Position numbers and translations under genes: made by a program
NCBI GenBank assembly: GCA_943370145.1
Contig: CALRPY020000002.1
Location: forward strand, 89,766 to 153,765
Reading direction: 5' to 3'
Source: Hydrogenophaga intermedia
GTDB taxonomy: Bacteria > Pseudomonadota > Gammaproteobacteria > Ga0077536
DNA length: 64,000 nt
Notes under the pieces: model-generated
Told to the model about the DNA's origin: nothing
Database searches by the model: none
What the model saw: only the letters and a program-made list of their open reading frames with translations
Part shown: positions 36,265 through 46,335 of the stretch, piece by piece
Layout of the letters: the number at the start of each line of letters is the position of its first letter
Numbering within the stretch: the first letter of the stretch is position 1

Positions 36265-38295
36265 ATGAAACGTAATCTCCTGCATACGGCAGTCGTTGCC
36301 GCGATGGCGGCCGGCACGCTCGGCGCCACCAGCGACAGCTTCGCCGCCAGCGGCTACCAGGCCGGCGACTTCCACAACCACACGACCTGCACCGACGGCT
36401 CGACCTCGACGAAGACGCTCGCCAACAAGTCGCTGACCTATCTCGACTGGTTCATCGACGTCGGCCACAGCGGCTCCGGCAACCGTGACTGCCGCATCGA
36501 CGACTTCGCCTACAACGGCCCGGCCGACGGCCAGGGCAACTACTGGTCGAACACGATCGGCAACGCCGCGATCGAGGGCGACCCGGTCACCTCCACCAGC
36601 AACGGCGCGCCGAGCGGCACCCGCGCGATGTGGCGCTGGCAGTCCCTGCTGCAGTTCGTGCTCCCTGACGTCCGCGAGGAGGGCATCGCGGCGGGCAAAC
36701 CGGCCTTCCTCGGCCTCGAATGGACTGTGCCGGGCCACGAGCACGCCAGCGTCAGCGTCATCACCGGCCAGTACGAAGCGACCCCCGTCTCCGAGCAGAT
36801 GGCGAAGTTCGAGTACTGCTTCGGCGGCCCGAGCAACGACACCTCGAAGGGCGGCGGCCGCGGCTGGACCTGCGAGATCAGCGCCGCGAACAACCAGAAG
36901 CTGATCGACCGCTTCACTTCGGGCAACGACCCGGTGGCCCAGGGCGCGCCGGACTACAACGGCAGCATTCCGGCCGGCGTCGGCGTGAAGACCGCCGACA
37001 ACGGCGACCACGTCAAGTCGACCGCCGGCATCCACTGGATGCAGGAAAACAACCCCGGCAAATCCTTCGCCGTCCCGGCGCACCTCGAGCGCGCCGGCGC
37101 GTTCCGCGCGGGCAACAACAACGGCTACAACATCGAGCACATCCGCGACTGGAACAACGCGGGTCCCGAAGTCGCGTTCGGCTTCGAGAGTCAGCCCGGT
37201 CACCAGGCGAGCGACGATCGCGGCGAGTACGCCGCGTCGCGGCCCACGGTCGGTCTGTTCACCTTCGGCGGCACCGGTTGCTACGCCGGCGCCGAGGCCT
37301 CGCAGCCCGGCTTCAAGTTCGACGGCACGCCGCTGACCGCTGCGGATTTTGCACCCGGTGGCGAGTTCGAGATGGTGTCCGACACGATGAGCCCGGCCCG
37401 CGTGACCGTGTGTCGCCCCGGCGTGCGCACCGCGTGGGACGCGATGCTATCCGAAGGCCGTCGCTTTTGGTTCTTCGCGAGCTCCGACTGGCACAATCGC
37501 GGCCAGTTCGCGCCCTTCGATGAACAGCGCCGCTCCACGCTCGACTTCTTCCCCGGCGAGTACCAGAAGAACCACACGTTCATCCGCGCGGCCAACAAGA
37601 GCAACCCGGCCCAGGACATCGTCGACGGCCTGCGTTCCGGCAACAACTTCGCGACCACCGGCGACCTCATCGACCAGGCCCGTTTCCGCGCCTGCGTGGG
37701 CACCCGCTGCGCGACGATGGGCCAGACGCTGAAGGTCAAGCCGGGCGACAACGTCGTCGTCAGCATCGAAGTGCGCGATCCGCCGGGCGCGAACCACAGC
37801 CCGTACAGCTTCCCGAACCCGGCCCTGCTGCAACTCGGCGTCCAGCAGCCGCTGAACAAGCCCGAGCTTGCCCAGGTCGACCTGATCTCGGGCGTCGTCA
37901 CCGGCATGATTGAAGAAGCTGCCGATCCTGTCGGCTACCGCACCCAGCTGGCGCCGCCGACGACGGTGCTCGCGAAGTCGTGGACGACCGCCGACTGGCA
38001 GCCGCGCAACAATCCGTGGAAGCGCATGAAGTACACGATCCCGGCAGTCGGCCAGGACATGTACGTGCGTGTCCGCGGCTCCAACCTGCCGGCCGGCACG
38101 CCGAACGAGCGTGACGCCAACGGCAATCCGCTGCGCGACGACCTTGCCAACAACATCGCGTGCGCCAACGCGGCGTGCCCGACGCATGTCAATGGCAAGT
38201 TCGACATGGACGTCGAAGCCTGGGGTGATCTCTCGTTCCACCTGAACCCGATCTTCATCGCGGTGGAGCAGCCGCTGCAGGCCGGCAACCCGTAA
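36265..38295 (+). CDS. secreted PHP-domain (polymerase/histidinol-phosphatase-like) metal-dependent phosphoesterase family protein
   Basis: Signal peptide MKRNLLHTAVVAAMAAGTLGATS. PHP motifs GDFHNHTTCTDGS, GLEWTVPGHEH and ASSDWHN occur in the expected order. Confidence 0.6.
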   Translation: MKRNLLHTAVVAAMAAGTLGATSDSFAASGYQAGDFHNHTTCTDGSTSTKTLANKSLTYLDWFIDVGHSGSGNRDCRIDDFAYNGPADGQGNYWSNTIGNAAIEGDPVTSTSNGAPSGTRAMWRWQSLLQFVLPDVREEGIAAGKPAFLGLEWTVPGHEHASVSVITGQYEATPVSEQMAKFEYCFGGPSNDTSKGGGRGWTCEISAANNQKLIDRFTSGNDPVAQGAPDYNGSIPAGVGVKTADNGDHVKSTAGIHWMQENNPGKSFAVPAHLERAGAFRAGNNNGYNIEHIRDWNNAGPEVAFGFESQPGHQASDDRGEYAASRPTVGLFTFGGTGCYAGAEASQPGFKFDGTPLTAADFAPGGEFEMVSDTMSPARVTVCRPGVRTAWDAMLSEGRRFWFFASSDWHNRGQFAPFDEQRRSTLDFFPGEYQKNHTFIRAANKSNPAQDIVDGLRSGNNFATTGDLIDQARFRACVGTRCATMGQTLKVKPGDNVVVSIEVRDPPGANHSPYSFPNPALLQLGVQQPLNKPELAQVDLISGVVTGMIEEAADPVGYRTQLAPPTTVLAKSWTTADWQPRNNPWKRMKYTIPAVGQDMYVRVRGSNLPAGTPNERDANGNPLRDDLANNIACANAACPTHVNGKFDMDVEAWGDLSFHLNPIFIAVEQPLQAGNP

Positions 38296-38315
38296 GCGGG
38301 AGGCCGTCAATGAAG

Positions 38316-38343
38316 AAGGGGGCCATCGGCCCCCTTTTTCTTT
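38316..38343 (+). terminator. rho-independent terminator after the PHP-domain gene
   Basis: AAGGGGGCC-atc-GGCCCCCTT hairpin (9-bp stem) followed by a T-run (tttttcttt). Confidence 0.8.
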
Positions 38344-38364
38344 GCGGCCATTGCGGGCGCGGCT

Positions 38365-38961
38365 TCAATCAGTGGTTGGACCCGCACGTTCAACCAGCAC
38401 GATCCGGCGCGAGTCACGGCCCAGACGCAGCTTCATCGGCGGGTCGCGCTCGAGCACGCGGACCTCGACGGTGTCGAGCGCCGGAAAGGCGTTGAACAGT
38501 TCGAAGCCGACCCATTCCAGGCCGGTCTGCTTGAGCGCGTCGCAATGGAACTGGAACGTGCCCGACAGCAGCGTGCCGGACGACGGCACGGGCGGCGGAG
38601 GGTTCGCGAGATCTTCGAGGGGCGACCCGGCAGCATCGACGCCGTGGGCCACGCGGACGACGGAGGCGCCGTCGCTGTGGCACTTGGATTCGACCGGGAA
38701 CACGATGTAGCCATCGGCATTCTCCAGCAGCGACACGTAGGGAGGCTGAGGTGCGGCGCCATCCTTCGGTGGGGTGCCGTGATACCTGTCGGGCACGACC
38801 GCGGCCGGCAGCAGCAGGTGCACCTCGACGTAATCGCGTGCGACCAGCAGTGTCATGCTTGCGGGCGGTACAGCACCGGTAGACTCCTGAGTGGGCGCGG
38901 CTTGTGATGCGCAAGCCAGCGGCAACAACAGACAGGCCGGCCATTTCCTGCGATTCTTCAT
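38365..38961 (-). CDS. secreted hypothetical protein, possibly DUF2796/ZrgA-like fold but His-poor
   Basis: Signal peptide MKNRRKWPACLLLPLACASQA. The C-terminal GTFQFHCDALKQTGLEWVGFELFNAFPALDTVEVRVL resembles the DUF2796 C-terminal pattern as I recall it. Start trimmed to ATG 38961. Confidence 0.35.
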   Translation of the reverse strand: MKNRRKWPACLLLPLACASQAAPTQESTGAVPPASMTLLVARDYVEVHLLLPAAVVPDRYHGTPPKDGAAPQPPYVSLLENADGYIVFPVESKCHSDGASVVRVAHGVDAAGSPLEDLANPPPPVPSSGTLLSGTFQFHCDALKQTGLEWVGFELFNAFPALDTVEVRVLERDPPMKLRLGRDSRRIVLVERAGPTTD

Positions 38962-39073
38962 GTGGGCATCCTGATTCTGCGAAAGCACGCAAGCTTCGCA
39001 GGCGCAGGTTTCAGCGCTGCGACAGGATGTCTGAAGCCGCGGCGGCCCGGGCGCGTGTCCGGGGCGCGGCCCT

Positions 39074-40114
39074 TCAGGAACGGTTTCGATGCACCGCCGC
39101 GACCAGCGCCGCGACGTGGTCGGGATCGATGTCGGGCGTGATGCCGTGGCCGAGGTTGAAGACATGCCCGGGGCCCGCGCCGAAGGACGCGAGCGTTCGC
39201 GCGACCTCGCGCTCGATCACGGGAATCGGCGCCCGCAGCACGGCCGGATCGAGGTTGCCCTGCAGCGCGCAGCGCTCGCCGATGCGGCGGCGGGCGTCGG
39301 CCAGGCTGACCGTCCAGTCGCAGCCGACCGCGCTGCAGCCGGTATCCGCAATCGCTTCCAGCCAGGCGCCGCCACCCTTGGTGAAGAGGATCGTCGGCAC
39401 TGCGTCGCCCAGCGCGTCGACTATGCGCGCCATGTAGGCCAGCGAGAATTCGCGGTAGGCGTCCGCGGCGAGCGCGCCGCCCCAGGTGTCGAAGACCATC
39501 AACGCGTCGACGCCGGCGGCGCGCTGCGCTTTCAGGTACAGGATGACCGCGTCGGTGACCTTGGTGAGCAGGGCGTGGAGATCCGCCGGCTGGCCATAGG
39601 CCCAGCTCTTGCTGCGCTTGAAGTCGCGGTCGCCGCCGCCGCCTTCGATCATGTAGGTGGCGAGCGTCCACGGGCTGCCGGCAAAGCCTATCAGCGGCAC
39701 GCGGCCCGCGAGTTCACGCTTGATGAGGCGCACCGCATCGGTGACGTAGCGCAATTCGACTTCGGGGTCCGGCACGCCGAGGCGCGCGACCTGTTCGGCG
39801 CTGCGCACCGGTGTCGCGAGACGCGGGCCCACGCCTTCGTCGATCGACAGGCCCAGGCCCATCGCGTCCGGAATCGTCAGGATGTCCGAGAACAGGATGG
39901 CCGCGTCGAGCGGGAAGCGCGCGAGCGGCTGCAAGGTCACTTCGCAGGCGAGGTCCGGGGTCTTGCACAGCGTGAGGAAATCGCCCGCGCGCTGGCGCGT
40001 TGCCCGGTACTCCGGCAGGTAACGTCCGGCCTGGCGCATGATCCAGACCGGCGTGCGGTCCACCGGCTCCCTGCGCAGCGCGCGCAGGAAGCGGTCGTTG
40101 ACGAAGCCGCTCAA
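39074..40114 (-). CDS. hemE: uroporphyrinogen decarboxylase
   Basis: [32 protein letters not shown].. Confidence 0.95.
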   Translation of the reverse strand: MSGFVNDRFLRALRREPVDRTPVWIMRQAGRYLPEYRATRQRAGDFLTLCKTPDLACEVTLQPLARFPLDAAILFSDILTIPDAMGLGLSIDEGVGPRLATPVRSAEQVARLGVPDPEVELRYVTDAVRLIKRELAGRVPLIGFAGSPWTLATYMIEGGGGDRDFKRSKSWAYGQPADLHALLTKVTDAVILYLKAQRAAGVDALMVFDTWGGALAADAYREFSLAYMARIVDALGDAVPTILFTKGGGAWLEAIADTGCSAVGCDWTVSLADARRRIGERCALQGNLDPAVLRAPIPVIEREVARTLASFGAGPGHVFNLGHGITPDIDPDHVAALVAAVHRNRS

Positions 40115-41556
40115 GGCAGCGGCGCGGGCAGGTCGGTGCTACCCATCAGGAAGCGGTCGATGCCGGCGGCCGCGGAACGGCCTTCGGCGATGGCCCAGAC
40201 GATCAGTGACTGCCCGCGCTGCATGTCGCCGGCGGTGAACACGCCGTTGACCGAGGTCATCCAGCTGCCGTCGCGCCAGACGTTGCCGCGGTCGGTGATC
40301 TTCACGCCGAACTGGTCGAGCATCTCCCGCGCCGGATGGACGAAGCCCATCGCGAGCAGCGCCATGTCGCAGGGGAGTTCGCGTGCCGAGCCCGCGACTT
40401 CCTCGAAGCTGACGCGGCCATTGTCGTTCTTCACCTGCACGTCGACGATTTCGATCGCCCGCACGTGGCCATTGCCGTCATCGATGAAGCGCTTGGTCGA
40501 CACGCCGTAGATGCGGTCGCCGCCTTCCTCGTGCGCGGAGGCCACGCGGTAGACGCGCGGATATTCCGGCCAGGGATTGTCGGTCGCGCGGGCCGCGGGC
40601 GGACGGGCCATGATTTCGAGCTGCGCGACGTGCTGCGCCCGCTGGCGGTGCGCCGTGCCGAGGCAGTCCGCGCCGGTGTCGCCGCCGCCGATGATGACGA
40701 CGTGCTTGCCGGTGGCGCTGAAATCCGGATCCTCCGGCAGCCGATCGCCCTCGATCTTCCGGTTCGCGAGCGTCAGGTAGTCCATCGCGAAGTGCACGCC
40801 CTTGAGTTCGCGCCCGGGCAGCGGCAGATCGCGCGGCACGGTCGAGCCGCCCGCAAGCAGCACGGCGTCGAAATCGCGCTTCAGTTCGTTGACGTCGACA
40901 TTCACGCCGACATTCGCGCTGGTGCGGAACTCGACGCCTTCGGCGCGCATCTGGCGCAGGCGGCGGTCGAGCACGCCCTTCTCCATCTTGAACTCGGGGA
41001 TGCCGTAGCGGAGCAGGCCGCCGATGCGGTCGTCACGTTCGAACACCGTGACCTTATGGCCGGCGCGGCGCAGCTGCTGGGCGGCGGCCAGGCCGGCCGG
41101 GCCGGACCCGATGACCGCGACCTTGCGGCCCGTCTCGCGCGTCGGTGGCTGGGGCTGGACCCAGCCCTCCTCGAAGGCGCGGTCGATGATCGCGAGTTCG
41201 ACGGCCTTGATCGTCACCGGGTTGTCGTTGATGCCGAGCACGCAGGCGCCTTCGCAGGGCGCCGGACACAGCGTGCCGGTGAACTCGGGGAAGTTGTTCG
41301 TCGCGTGCAGGCGGTCGATCGCGTCCTGCCAGCGATCGCGGTAGACGAGATCGTTCCAGTCCGGGATCAGGTTGCCCAGCGGGCAGCCCTGGTGGCAGAA
41401 CGGGATGCCGCAATCCATGCAGCGCGCGGCCTGGTGGTTCAGCGTTTCCGCCGGCATGGCGGCCATCACCTGCGACCAGTCGCGCAGGCGTTCGGCCACT
41501 GGCCGGTAAGGCTGCTTTTCGCGCCCGAATTCGAGAAAGCCGGTCACTTTAGCCAT
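40111..41556 (-). CDS. gltD: glutamate synthase small subunit
   Basis: ..[43 protein letters not shown].. Confidence 0.95.
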   Translation of the reverse strand: MAKVTGFLEFGREKQPYRPVAERLRDWSQVMAAMPAETLNHQAARCMDCGIPFCHQGCPLGNLIPDWNDLVYRDRWQDAIDRLHATNNFPEFTGTLCPAPCEGACVLGINDNPVTIKAVELAIIDRAFEEGWVQPQPPTRETGRKVAVIGSGPAGLAAAQQLRRAGHKVTVFERDDRIGGLLRYGIPEFKMEKGVLDRRLRQMRAEGVEFRTSANVGVNVDVNELKRDFDAVLLAGGSTVPRDLPLPGRELKGVHFAMDYLTLANRKIEGDRLPEDPDFSATGKHVVIIGGGDTGADCLGTAHRQRAQHVAQLEIMARPPAARATDNPWPEYPRVYRVASAHEEGGDRIYGVSTKRFIDDGNGHVRAIEIVDVQVKNDNGRVSFEEVAGSARELPCDMALLAMGFVHPAREMLDQFGVKITDRGNVWRDGSWMTSVNGVFTAGDMQRGQSLIVWAIAEGRSAAAGIDRFLMGSTDLPAPLP

Positions 41557-44500
41557 GGGACGCCTCCATCACCGCTTCGTCTTCAGACAGGCCGAGCTTG
41601 CGCGCACGTTCAATCGCGGCAAGGACTTGCTTGTAGTCTCTGGGCATCACTTTCACGAATTGGGCCTTGCTCGTTGACCAGTCACGCAGGATACGTTCGG
41701 CGACGGTGCTTCCGGTCAGGCGCGCGTGGTTTTCCAGCATGCGCCTGAGTTCGGCCTCGTCGGCCTCGGTTTCCACGCGCTCGAGGTCCACCATCTCGGT
41801 GTTGCAGCGCTGCGGGAAGCTGTTGTCAGGGTCGTGGACGAATGCGACGCCGCCCGACATGCCGGCCGCGAAATTGCGACCGGTCTTGCCGATGATCACC
41901 ACCCGGCCGCCGGTCATGTATTCGCAGCCATGGTCGCCGACGCCTTCGACGACGGCTTCGGCGCCGCTGTTGCGCACGCAGAAGCGTTCACCGCCGACGC
42001 CGCGGAAGTAGGCCTCGCCAGACGTCGCGCCGTACAGCGCGACGTTGCCGATGAGGATGTTCTCTTCAGGGACGAAGGTCGCCTGGCGCGGCGGGAAGAC
42101 GACGATTCTGCCGCCCGACAGCCCCTTGCCGATGTAATCGTTGGCGTCGCCTTCCAGTGTCATCGTGATGCCGCGCGGGACGAAGGCGCCGAAGCTCTGG
42201 CCGGCGGAGCCGGTGAAGTTCAGCCGGATTGTGTCGTCGGGCAGGCCGTCACCGCCATGACGCTTCGTGAGTTCATAGCCGAGAATCGTGCCGACGGTGC
42301 GATTGACGTTGCGGATCGGCAGATCCAGCGTCACCGGCTTGCCCTCTTCGAGGGCGGCCCGGCAGCCCGGCACGATGGTTGTGCGATCGAGCGAGCGATC
42401 GAGCCCGTGGTCCTGCGTGCGCATGCAGCGGATGGCCGTGTCCGGGGCGGTCGGCGGCTGGAAGAGGATCTGCGACAGATCGAGTCCCTTCGCCTTCCAG
42501 TGCGCGACGGCGCTATCGACGTCGAGGCGATCGGCGCGGCCGATCATCTCGTCCATCGTGCGGAAACCGAGTTCGGCCATGTACTCGCGGACTTCCTCGG
42601 CGATGTAGCGGAAGAAGTTCTCGACGAATTCCGGCTTGCCGGCGAATTTCGCGCGCAGCCGCGGATCCTGGGTCGCGATGCCGACCGGGCAGGTGTTCAG
42701 GTGGCAGACGCGCATCATGATGCAGCCCATCACCACGAGCGGGGCCGTGGCGAAGCCGTATTCCTCGGCACCGAGCAGCGCACCGATGATGACGTCGCGG
42801 CCGGTCTTCATCTGGCCGTCGACCTGCACCACGATGCGGTCGCGCAGCTTGTTCGCGACGAGCACCTGCTGGGTCTCGGCGAGGCCGAGCTCCCACGGCA
42901 CACCGGCATGCTTCAGCGAGGTCAGCGGGGATGCGCCGGTGCCGCCGTCGTAACCCGAAATCAGCACGACGTCGGAGAAGGCCTTCGCCACGCCGGCCGC
43001 AACCGTGCCGACGCCGACTTCGGCGACGAGCTTCACGTGCACGCGCGCTTCCGGGTTCGCGTTCTTGAGGTCGTGGATCAGCTGCGCGAGGTCCTCGATC
43101 GAATAGATGTCATGGTGCGGCGGCGGCGAGATCAGGCCGACCCCGGGCGTCGAGTAACGCACCTTCGCAATCCAGGGATACACCTTGTGACCGGGCAGCT
43201 GGCCGCCTTCGCCGGGCTTCGCGCCCTGCGCCATCTTGATTTGCAGGTCGTCGGCGTTCACCAGGTATTCGCTGGTCACGCCGAAGCGTCCGGACGCGAC
43301 CTGCTTGATCGCGCTGCGGCGCTCGTCCTTGAAACGCGACGGGTCTTCGCCGCCCTCGCCGGTATTCGAGCGGCCGCCGATGCGGTTCATCGCGATGGCG
43401 AGCGTCTCGTGCGCCTCTGAACTGATCGAGCCGTAGGACATCGCGCCCGTGTGGAAGCGCTTCATGATGGCCTCGATCGGCTCGACCTCGGCCAGCGGCA
43501 CCGGGCGCGGCGCGGTCTTGAACCTGAACAGGCCACGCAGCGTCGCGAGGTGGGTGCTCTGCTTGTCGACCAGCGCGGTGTACTCGCGGAACACCTTGTT
43601 CTGCCCCGAGCGGGTCGAATGCTGGAGCTTGTAGACGGTGTCCGGATTGAACAGGTGGTATTCACCGTCGCGGCGCCACTGGTATTCGCCGCCCCAGTGC
43701 AGTTCGGGCTTGGCGACCGGGCGGGTCGGGAACGCGTCGTGATGGCGCATGTTCATTTCGCGCTCGATCTCGGCGAGACCGATGCCGCCGATGCGTGACG
43801 CGGTATAGGTGAAGTACTTGTCGACGAAGGCCTTGTCGAGGCCGACCGCTTCGAAGATTTGCGCGCCGCGGTAGGACTGGATCGTGGAGATGCCCATCTT
43901 GGACATCACCTTGACGAGCCCCTTGTTCACGGCCTTGATGAAGTTGCGCACCGCGGCGTCATGCAGCGACTCGTCGCTCTTGCGGCCCTTGAGCGCCTTC
44001 TCCTTCAGGATGCCCTGCTGGATGAGGTCATGGAGCGTCTCGAACGCGAGGTAGGGGTTCACGGCGTCGGCGCCATAACCGATCAGGGTCGCGAAGTGGT
44101 GCACCTCGCGCGGCGAGCCGGATTCGATCACGAGGCCCACGCGCATGCGGCGGCCGTTGCGCACCAGGTGGTGGTGCGTGCCGGCGGTCGCGAGCAGCGC
44201 CGGGATCGGCGCGTGCTCGGCGTCCATGCCGCGATCGGACAGGATCACGAAGGTGTTGCCGTCGTCGATCGCACGGTCCGTCTCCTCGAACACGCGTTCG
44301 AGCGCAGCCTCGAGCCCGGCCACGCCGTCGGCGATGCGGTACAGCGTCGTGACGGTCTTCGTCTTGAAGCCGGGCAGTTCGATGTGGCGGATGCGCGCGA
44401 GGTCCTCGTTGTTGAGGACCGGCGAATCCAGCTTCAGGCGGCGGCAGCTTTGCTCGGTGGGTTCGAGCAGGTTGCTCTCCGGCCCGATCGGCGTCGACAC

Positions 44501-46147
44501 CTGGGTGACCAGCTCTTCGCGGATGCCGTCGAGGGGCGGGTTCGTGACCTGCGCGAACAGCTGCTTGAAGTAGTCGTAGAGCATGCGCGGGCGCTCCGAC
44601 AGCACGGCCAAGGCCGCGTCGGTGCCCATCGAACCGATTGCTTCCTCACCCTTTTCCGCCATCGGCAGCATCAGGATGCGCAGGTCTTCGTGCGTGTAGC
44701 CGTAGGCCAGCTGGCGGTGCAGCACGGTGTCGTGATCGACCGCGTGCACGTGGTTCGGCACCGGCAGCTTCGCGAGCGGCACGTGATTCTTCGCGAGCCA
44801 TTCCCCGTAGGGGTTCTCGTCGATGTAGCGCTGCTTCAGTTCCGCGTCGTCGATGATGCGGCCAGCCTCGGTGTCGACGAGGAAGATGCGCCCCGGATGC
44901 AGGCGTTCCTTGATGGCGATGTTCTCGGGCGGGAAGTCCAGCACGCCGACTTCCGAGGCCATCACGACCATGTCGTCCTTGGTCACGTAATAGCGCGACG
45001 GACGCAGGCCGTTGCGGTCGAGCACCGCGCCCATGATGCGGCCGTCGGTGAACGCGATGCAGGCCGGGCCGTCCCACGGCTCCATGAGGCAGCCGTGATA
45101 CTCGTAGAACGCCTTGCGCGCGGCATCCATCTGCTGGTGGCCGCTCCACGCTTCCGGAATCATCATCAGCACGGCGAGCGGCAGCGGGCGGCCGGCCATG
45201 TGCAGGAATTCGAGCACCTGGTCGAAGGTCGCGGAGTCCGAACTCCCTTCGATGACGATCGGGAACAGCTTCTTCAGGTCTTCTCCGAACACGGCGGATT
45301 CGCACAGGGCCTCACGCGCCCGCATCCAGTTCGCGTTGCCGCGCAGCGTGTTGATCTCGCCGTTGTGCGCGATGTAACGGAACGGGTGCGCGAGCGGCCA
45401 GGACGGGAAGGTGTTCGTCGAGAAGCGCTGGTGCACGAGCGCCATCGCGCTCTCGACCAGCGGGTCTGACAGGTCTGGGAACTGCTGCTTGACCTGCACC
45501 GCGTTCAGCATCCCCTTGTAGACGATCGTGCGATGCGACAGGGTCGGGATGTAGAACAGCGCCTTCTCGCGCATCGTCGAGCCCCAGATCGCGTGCTCGA
45601 TGCGCTTGCGAATCACGTAGAGCTTGCGCTCGAAGGCGTCGTTGTCGGCGATCCCGGCGGCGCGGCCGATGAAGATCTGCTTGAAATCCGGCTGGCAGGC
45701 CTTCGCCGTCGGGCCGATGGCGCTGTCGTCCACCGGCAGGACGCGCCAGCCGAGCAGGGTCTGGCCTTCCTCGGCGATGATGCGCGCGAATTCCCGCTCG
45801 CAGGTCGCGGCCTCCGCGGCGTCGGTCGGCAGGAACACGAGGCCCGTGCCGTAATGTCCGGCGGCCGGGAGCGCAATGCCGGTCTTCGCGCACTCCCGGC
45901 GCAGGAACGCGTCCGGGATCTGGATCAGGATGCCCGCACCGTCACCGGTGTTCACCTCGGCGCCGCTCGCCCCGCGATGTTCGAGGTGATCGAGGATTGT
46001 CAGCGCGCGCTCGATGGTCGTGTGCGATTTTCGACCCTTGATGTCGACCACGAACCCGACGCCACAGGCGTCGTGTTCTGTATTTGCGTCATAGAGACCA
46101 GCCTGCGGCCGGCCCTGGTGCGGGAACTGCGTGCGCGTACTCGACAT
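41549..46147 (-). CDS. gltB: glutamate synthase large subunit
   Basis: ..[15 protein letters not shown] (Ntn amidotransferase Cys1 context), plus FMN and GXGXG domains through 1530 aa. Start trimmed to ATG 46147. Confidence 0.96.
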   Translation of the reverse strand: MSSTRTQFPHQGRPQAGLYDANTEHDACGVGFVVDIKGRKSHTTIERALTILDHLEHRGASGAEVNTGDGAGILIQIPDAFLRRECAKTGIALPAAGHYGTGLVFLPTDAAEAATCEREFARIIAEEGQTLLGWRVLPVDDSAIGPTAKACQPDFKQIFIGRAAGIADNDAFERKLYVIRKRIEHAIWGSTMREKALFYIPTLSHRTIVYKGMLNAVQVKQQFPDLSDPLVESAMALVHQRFSTNTFPSWPLAHPFRYIAHNGEINTLRGNANWMRAREALCESAVFGEDLKKLFPIVIEGSSDSATFDQVLEFLHMAGRPLPLAVLMMIPEAWSGHQQMDAARKAFYEYHGCLMEPWDGPACIAFTDGRIMGAVLDRNGLRPSRYYVTKDDMVVMASEVGVLDFPPENIAIKERLHPGRIFLVDTEAGRIIDDAELKQRYIDENPYGEWLAKNHVPLAKLPVPNHVHAVDHDTVLHRQLAYGYTHEDLRILMLPMAEKGEEAIGSMGTDAALAVLSERPRMLYDYFKQLFAQVTNPPLDGIREELVTQVSTPIGPESNLLEPTEQSCRRLKLDSPVLNNEDLARIRHIELPGFKTKTVTTLYRIADGVAGLEAALERVFEETDRAIDDGNTFVILSDRGMDAEHAPIPALLATAGTHHHLVRNGRRMRVGLVIESGSPREVHHFATLIGYGADAVNPYLAFETLHDLIQQGILKEKALKGRKSDESLHDAAVRNFIKAVNKGLVKVMSKMGISTIQSYRGAQIFEAVGLDKAFVDKYFTYTASRIGGIGLAEIEREMNMRHHDAFPTRPVAKPELHWGGEYQWRRDGEYHLFNPDTVYKLQHSTRSGQNKVFREYTALVDKQSTHLATLRGLFRFKTAPRPVPLAEVEPIEAIMKRFHTGAMSYGSISSEAHETLAIAMNRIGGRSNTGEGGEDPSRFKDERRSAIKQVASGRFGVTSEYLVNADDLQIKMAQGAKPGEGGQLPGHKVYPWIAKVRYSTPGVGLISPPPHHDIYSIEDLAQLIHDLKNANPEARVHVKLVAEVGVGTVAAGVAKAFSDVVLISGYDGGTGASPLTSLKHAGVPWELGLAETQQVLVANKLRDRIVVQVDGQMKTGRDVIIGALLGAEEYGFATAPLVVMGCIMMRVCHLNTCPVGIATQDPRLRAKFAGKPEFVENFFRYIAEEVREYMAELGFRTMDEMIGRADRLDVDSAVAHWKAKGLDLSQILFQPPTAPDTAIRCMRTQDHGLDRSLDRTTIVPGCRAALEEGKPVTLDLPIRNVNRTVGTILGYELTKRHGGDGLPDDTIRLNFTGSAGQSFGAFVPRGITMTLEGDANDYIGKGLSGGRIVVFPPRQATFVPEENILIGNVALYGATSGEAYFRGVGGERFCVRNSGAEAVVEGVGDHGCEYMTGGRVVIIGKTGRNFAAGMSGGVAFVHDPDNSFPQRCNTEMVDLERVETEADEAELRRMLENHARLTGSTVAERILRDWSTSKAQFVKVMPRDYKQVLAAIERARKLGLSEDEAVMEASHG

Positions 46148-46210
46148 CGGAGAGCGTCCTGTCGTTATAACCCCCTTGGGCAGGGGTAAAAACCGGGCCA
46201 AAGGGCTGCG

Positions 46211-46239
46211 ATTATAGCGGCAGGGGAGGGGGGTGTCAC
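46211..46239 (-). promoter_or_regulatory. near-consensus sigma70-type promoter upstream of gltB
   Basis: The minus strand reads GTGACA-N17-TATAAT (tgtcac at 46234-46239, attata at 46211-46216), about 64 nt upstream of the gltB ATG. Confidence 0.5.
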
Positions 46240-46335
46240 TCGTACCTGCTGCTGTCTCCCGGGCCGACCCGACCACGATCGCCACCGGTGCGAAAAGCGC
46301 TGCCGGCGGGCGAATTCAGTGCAGAACCGCTCGAC

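Noticed and set aside
38310-38495. 61-aa plus-strand ORF MKKGAIGPLFLCGHC..
   Set aside because: It begins inside the terminator hairpin of the PHP-domain gene and runs antisense into the next gene. It is not credible as a gene.
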